DNA of 64,000 nucleotides from Dehalococcoidia bacterium (GTDB lineage Bacteria; Chloroflexota; Dehalococcoidia; Lucifugimonadales; JAGWBF01): NCBI GenBank assembly GCA_034421095.1, contig DAOUKR010000012.1, positions 9,592 to 73,591 of the forward strand, read 5' to 3'. Shown piece by piece: positions 61,935 to 64,000 of this stretch (position 1 is its first letter; each line of letters starts with the position of its first letter). The notes under the pieces were generated by a model. It saw only the letters and a program-made list of their open reading frames with translations, ran no database searches and was not told where the DNA came from. The position numbers and the translations under genes were made by a program.

Positions 61935-62005
61935 AGAGAAGAGTGTCTCTCAGCCGGCACAGTGGACTGGCTGGCCTAACAACTTAACATAACAGGAGGG
62001 CCGTC

Positions 62006-63175
62006 ATGCAAGGTATAAAGGACCGGGTCGCAATCGTCGGAATGGGCTGCACCAAATTTGGTGAACGTTGGGACGCTGGCACCTCTGACTTGATTGTAGA
62101 GGCCGCCTACGAAGCCTATGAGGACGCGGGAGTTGACCCCAAAGATGTACAGGCTGCATGGGTAGGTACTGTCCAGAGCTTCCGAACAGGGCAGCCCTTG
62201 GCTCAGGCCCTCAAATTGGACTATGTGCCTATCACACGGGTTGAAAATGCCTGTGCTACCGCAACTGATGCCTTCAGGAATGCCAGCTACGCTGTTGCCG
62301 CCGGAATCTACGATATGGTGCTGGCAACGGGAGTGGAGAAGCTCAAAGACTCGGGTTTCTCCGGTCTGGCCGTTCCCGAGGCGGTAGGCAGCGAGGTAGC
62401 TCCGCCCGTGCCTCCACCTTCACAGTTCGCCATGGCTGCCACCCGCTACTTCCACCACTACGAAATACCCTATGAAGAGGGTAAGCGTACACTAGCCCAG
62501 ATAGCTTCGAAGAACCATCACAATGGCACCCTGAACTCGAAGGCCCATTTTCAGCGAGAAGTAAGCGTGGACCAGATTATGAATGCTCCCATGATTGCAT
62601 GGCCGCTGGGTCTGTATGATTGCTGTGGAGTCAGCGACGGAGCTGCAGCCGCCATCATCACGACACCCGAGATCGCTCGCAGTCTGCGGCGAGACTACGT
62701 GTTGGTGAAGGGATTGGGCCTTGCCGTGGGTTCCTTCGGTATGTTGCGAGACGATTGGGACTTCGTTCACTTCCCGGAGAATGTACGGGCAGGCCAGGCT
62801 GCCTACCAGGAAGCCGGTATTACCAATCCCAGAGACGAAATTGACATGGCGATTGTCCACGACTGCTTTACCATTACCGAATTGATAATTGCCGAGGACC
62901 TGGGCTTCAGCCCGAGGGGAAGGGCTAGAGAGGACGTGGAAGCGGGTACTTTCACCCTGGAAGGCGACCTGCCGATAAATACCGACGGCGGACTCAAGTG
63001 CTTCGGCCATCCAGTTGGGGCCAGCGGTATACGCATGATCTACGAGGTCTACAAACAGTTGCAGGGTAAGGCAGGTCAGCGCCAACTCAAGAAGGCCGAC
63101 CTCGGCCTCACCCACAACCTTGGCGGCAGGCCAGGCTCTTTCACCGCCTCCGTGTCAGTCTTTGGCCGCGAGTAG
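62006..63175 (+). CDS. Thiolase (SCP-x / archaeal acetoacetyl-CoA thiolase type)
   Basis: VAIVGMGCTKFGE...VENACATATDAF (active-site Cys)...GHPVGASG. GGAGGG RBS. Confidence 0.85.
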   Translation: MQGIKDRVAIVGMGCTKFGERWDAGTSDLIVEAAYEAYEDAGVDPKDVQAAWVGTVQSFRTGQPLAQALKLDYVPITRVENACATATDAFRNASYAVAAGIYDMVLATGVEKLKDSGFSGLAVPEAVGSEVAPPVPPPSQFAMAATRYFHHYEIPYEEGKRTLAQIASKNHHNGTLNSKAHFQREVSVDQIMNAPMIAWPLGLYDCCGVSDGAAAAIITTPEIARSLRRDYVLVKGLGLAVGSFGMLRDDWDFVHFPENVRAGQAAYQEAGITNPRDEIDMAIVHDCFTITELIIAEDLGFSPRGRAREDVEAGTFTLEGDLPINTDGGLKCFGHPVGASGIRMIYEVYKQLQGKAGQRQLKKADLGLTHNLGGRPGSFTASVSVFGRE

Positions 63176-63191
63176 GGGAAATAGTTAACAA

Positions 63192-63235
63192 CCGGTGGGG
63201 TCAGTGTCAGCTGCCCCACCGGCTTATCTTCTTGG
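63192..63235 (+). terminator. Rho-independent terminator candidate after the thiolase gene
   Basis: 9-bp stem CCGGTGGGG / CCCCACCGG (63192-63200 / 63214-63222) followed by a pyrimidine/T-rich tail, CTTATCTTCTT. Confidence 0.5.
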
Positions 63236-63414
63236 CGATAACGGATAAACAATCCCCCATGGTGGCTCCAGGGCGGCCCCAATCACATGCCGGTTGGATA
63301 TTTCCCTAAACCCCTGAAAACGAGCCTTTCTCCGGGTTTATTACTTATGTAAAGTTTGGGCCCTGCTGGCATTTACATAACATATATTGTGCGAACCAAT
63401 TTTTCTTGGTAAAA

Positions 63415-64000
63415 TTATGGCCATCCCGGGTCGCCGCCGGACCGCACCGGGGAGGTCAGCACACCCAGTTCCTCCAGCTGCCGCTCAATCTCTTCTACAA
63501 GTCCATCCAGGTTCCAGCCCAACGCAGCGGAAACCAGAATCCCCGGGTCAGCGGATATTATCGGCACATCGGATGGGGTTCCCCCGTTCTCCGAGGGCAC
63601 CAACCGGTCCATTTTGTTGATTACCAGTAGTCGTGGCTTCTCTGCCAGGTCCAGCTCCCTGAGCGTGTCTACTACAACCGCCGTCTGCTCGGGAGCTTTG
63701 GAGTGAGTTATGTCAATAACGTGGAGCAGCAGGTCTGCCTCATGTAGCTCCTCCAGAGTAGCCCTGAAAGCAGCCACTAGAGTAGGGGGTAGCTTGTGAA
63801 TGAATCCCACTGTATCCGTAAGAAGTGCTTGACCGCCTCCGGGAAGCCAGATGCGTCTTGTCACTGAATCGAGAGTGGAGAAAAGCTGGTCCTGTACCAC
63901 GACGCCTGCGTTGCTTAAGGCGTTGAACAAAGTGCTCTTTCCGGCATTGGTATAGCCTACCAGGGAAACCACGGGGAGTCTTGCCTGCTTGCGGCGGCTC
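63415..64000 (-). CDS. hflX: GTPase HflX (C-terminal part; the 5' end lies beyond the window)
   Basis: VSLVGYTNAGKSTLFNALS (G1), DTVGFI (G3) and NKMD (G4). The ORF is still open at nt 64000. Confidence 0.85.
   Translation of the reverse strand, partial: SRRKQARLPVVSLVGYTNAGKSTLFNALSNAGVVVQDQLFSTLDSVTRRIWLPGGGQALLTDTVGFIHKLPPTLVAAFRATLEELHEADLLLHVIDITHSKAPEQTAVVVDTLRELDLAEKPRLLVINKMDRLVPSENGGTPSDVPIISADPGILVSAALGWNLDGLVEEIERQLEELGVLTSPVRSGGDPGWP

Noticed and set aside
1-64000. Search for CRISPR arrays, rRNA genes, IS elements with terminal inverted repeats and transposase genes.
   Set aside because: I saw no regularly spaced direct repeats, no rRNA-like sequence and no transposase-like ORF. 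The only recombinase-type genes are the serine recombinase fragment, the Xer-type recombinase and the GIY-YIG nuclease.

Overview
This is a densely coding, moderately GC-rich bacterial chromosomal window with about 60 supportable CDS, two intact tRNAs and one decayed tRNA copy. I saw no rRNA and no CRISPR array. Housekeeping genes: serS, lysS, greA, dnaN, uvrC, a Xer-type tyrosine recombinase, thrB, aspartate kinase and hflX (3' part, cut by the window end). Most of the rest is paralogous catabolic or redox enzymes: 3 FAH-family hydrolases, 2 luciferase-like (LLM) oxidoreductases, 2 NIPSNAP proteins, MmgE/PrpD, a class III CoA-transferase, amidohydrolases, an amidase, a hydantoinase-type enzyme, a cyclase, dienelactone hydrolase, an NHL-propeller lyase-like protein, a 3-gene 2-oxoacid:ferredoxin oxidoreductase operon behind a GntR/FadR regulator, and a thiolase/HMG-CoA-synthase/DUF35 set. 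This gene content resembles SAR202-type Chloroflexota, but that is an inference only and cannot be verified here. The accessory or unusual loci, in my order of interest, are listed below. (1) A translationally coupled ABC-type ATPase plus small TOPRIM-like protein (46.1-47.9 kb) sits in an AT-richer patch downstream of tRNA-Asn, with a PARIS/AbiL/OLD-like split architecture. (2) A stand-alone 685-aa fusion of a single-HKD PLD nuclease with an SF3-like P-loop NTPase has its own promoter (15.3-17.5 kb). (3) An 88-aa GIY-YIG gene lies between an intact tRNA-Asn and a decayed tRNA-Asn copy, bracketed by 57-bp perfect direct repeats. (4) A cytoplasmic BtuF/TroA-like protein is interrupted by one in-frame TGA exactly where homologues, as I recall them, carry the second Cys of a CxxC motif, and a hairpin follows the TGA (candidate selenocysteine recoding, or else a pseudogene). 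(5) An orphan two-gene cassette lies at 7.7-9.4 kb. (6) A serine-recombinase gene reads antisense through tRNA-Ala at the left edge. Start codons were refined by eye from RBS context and are approximate. Compositional statements are visual impressions, not computed values.
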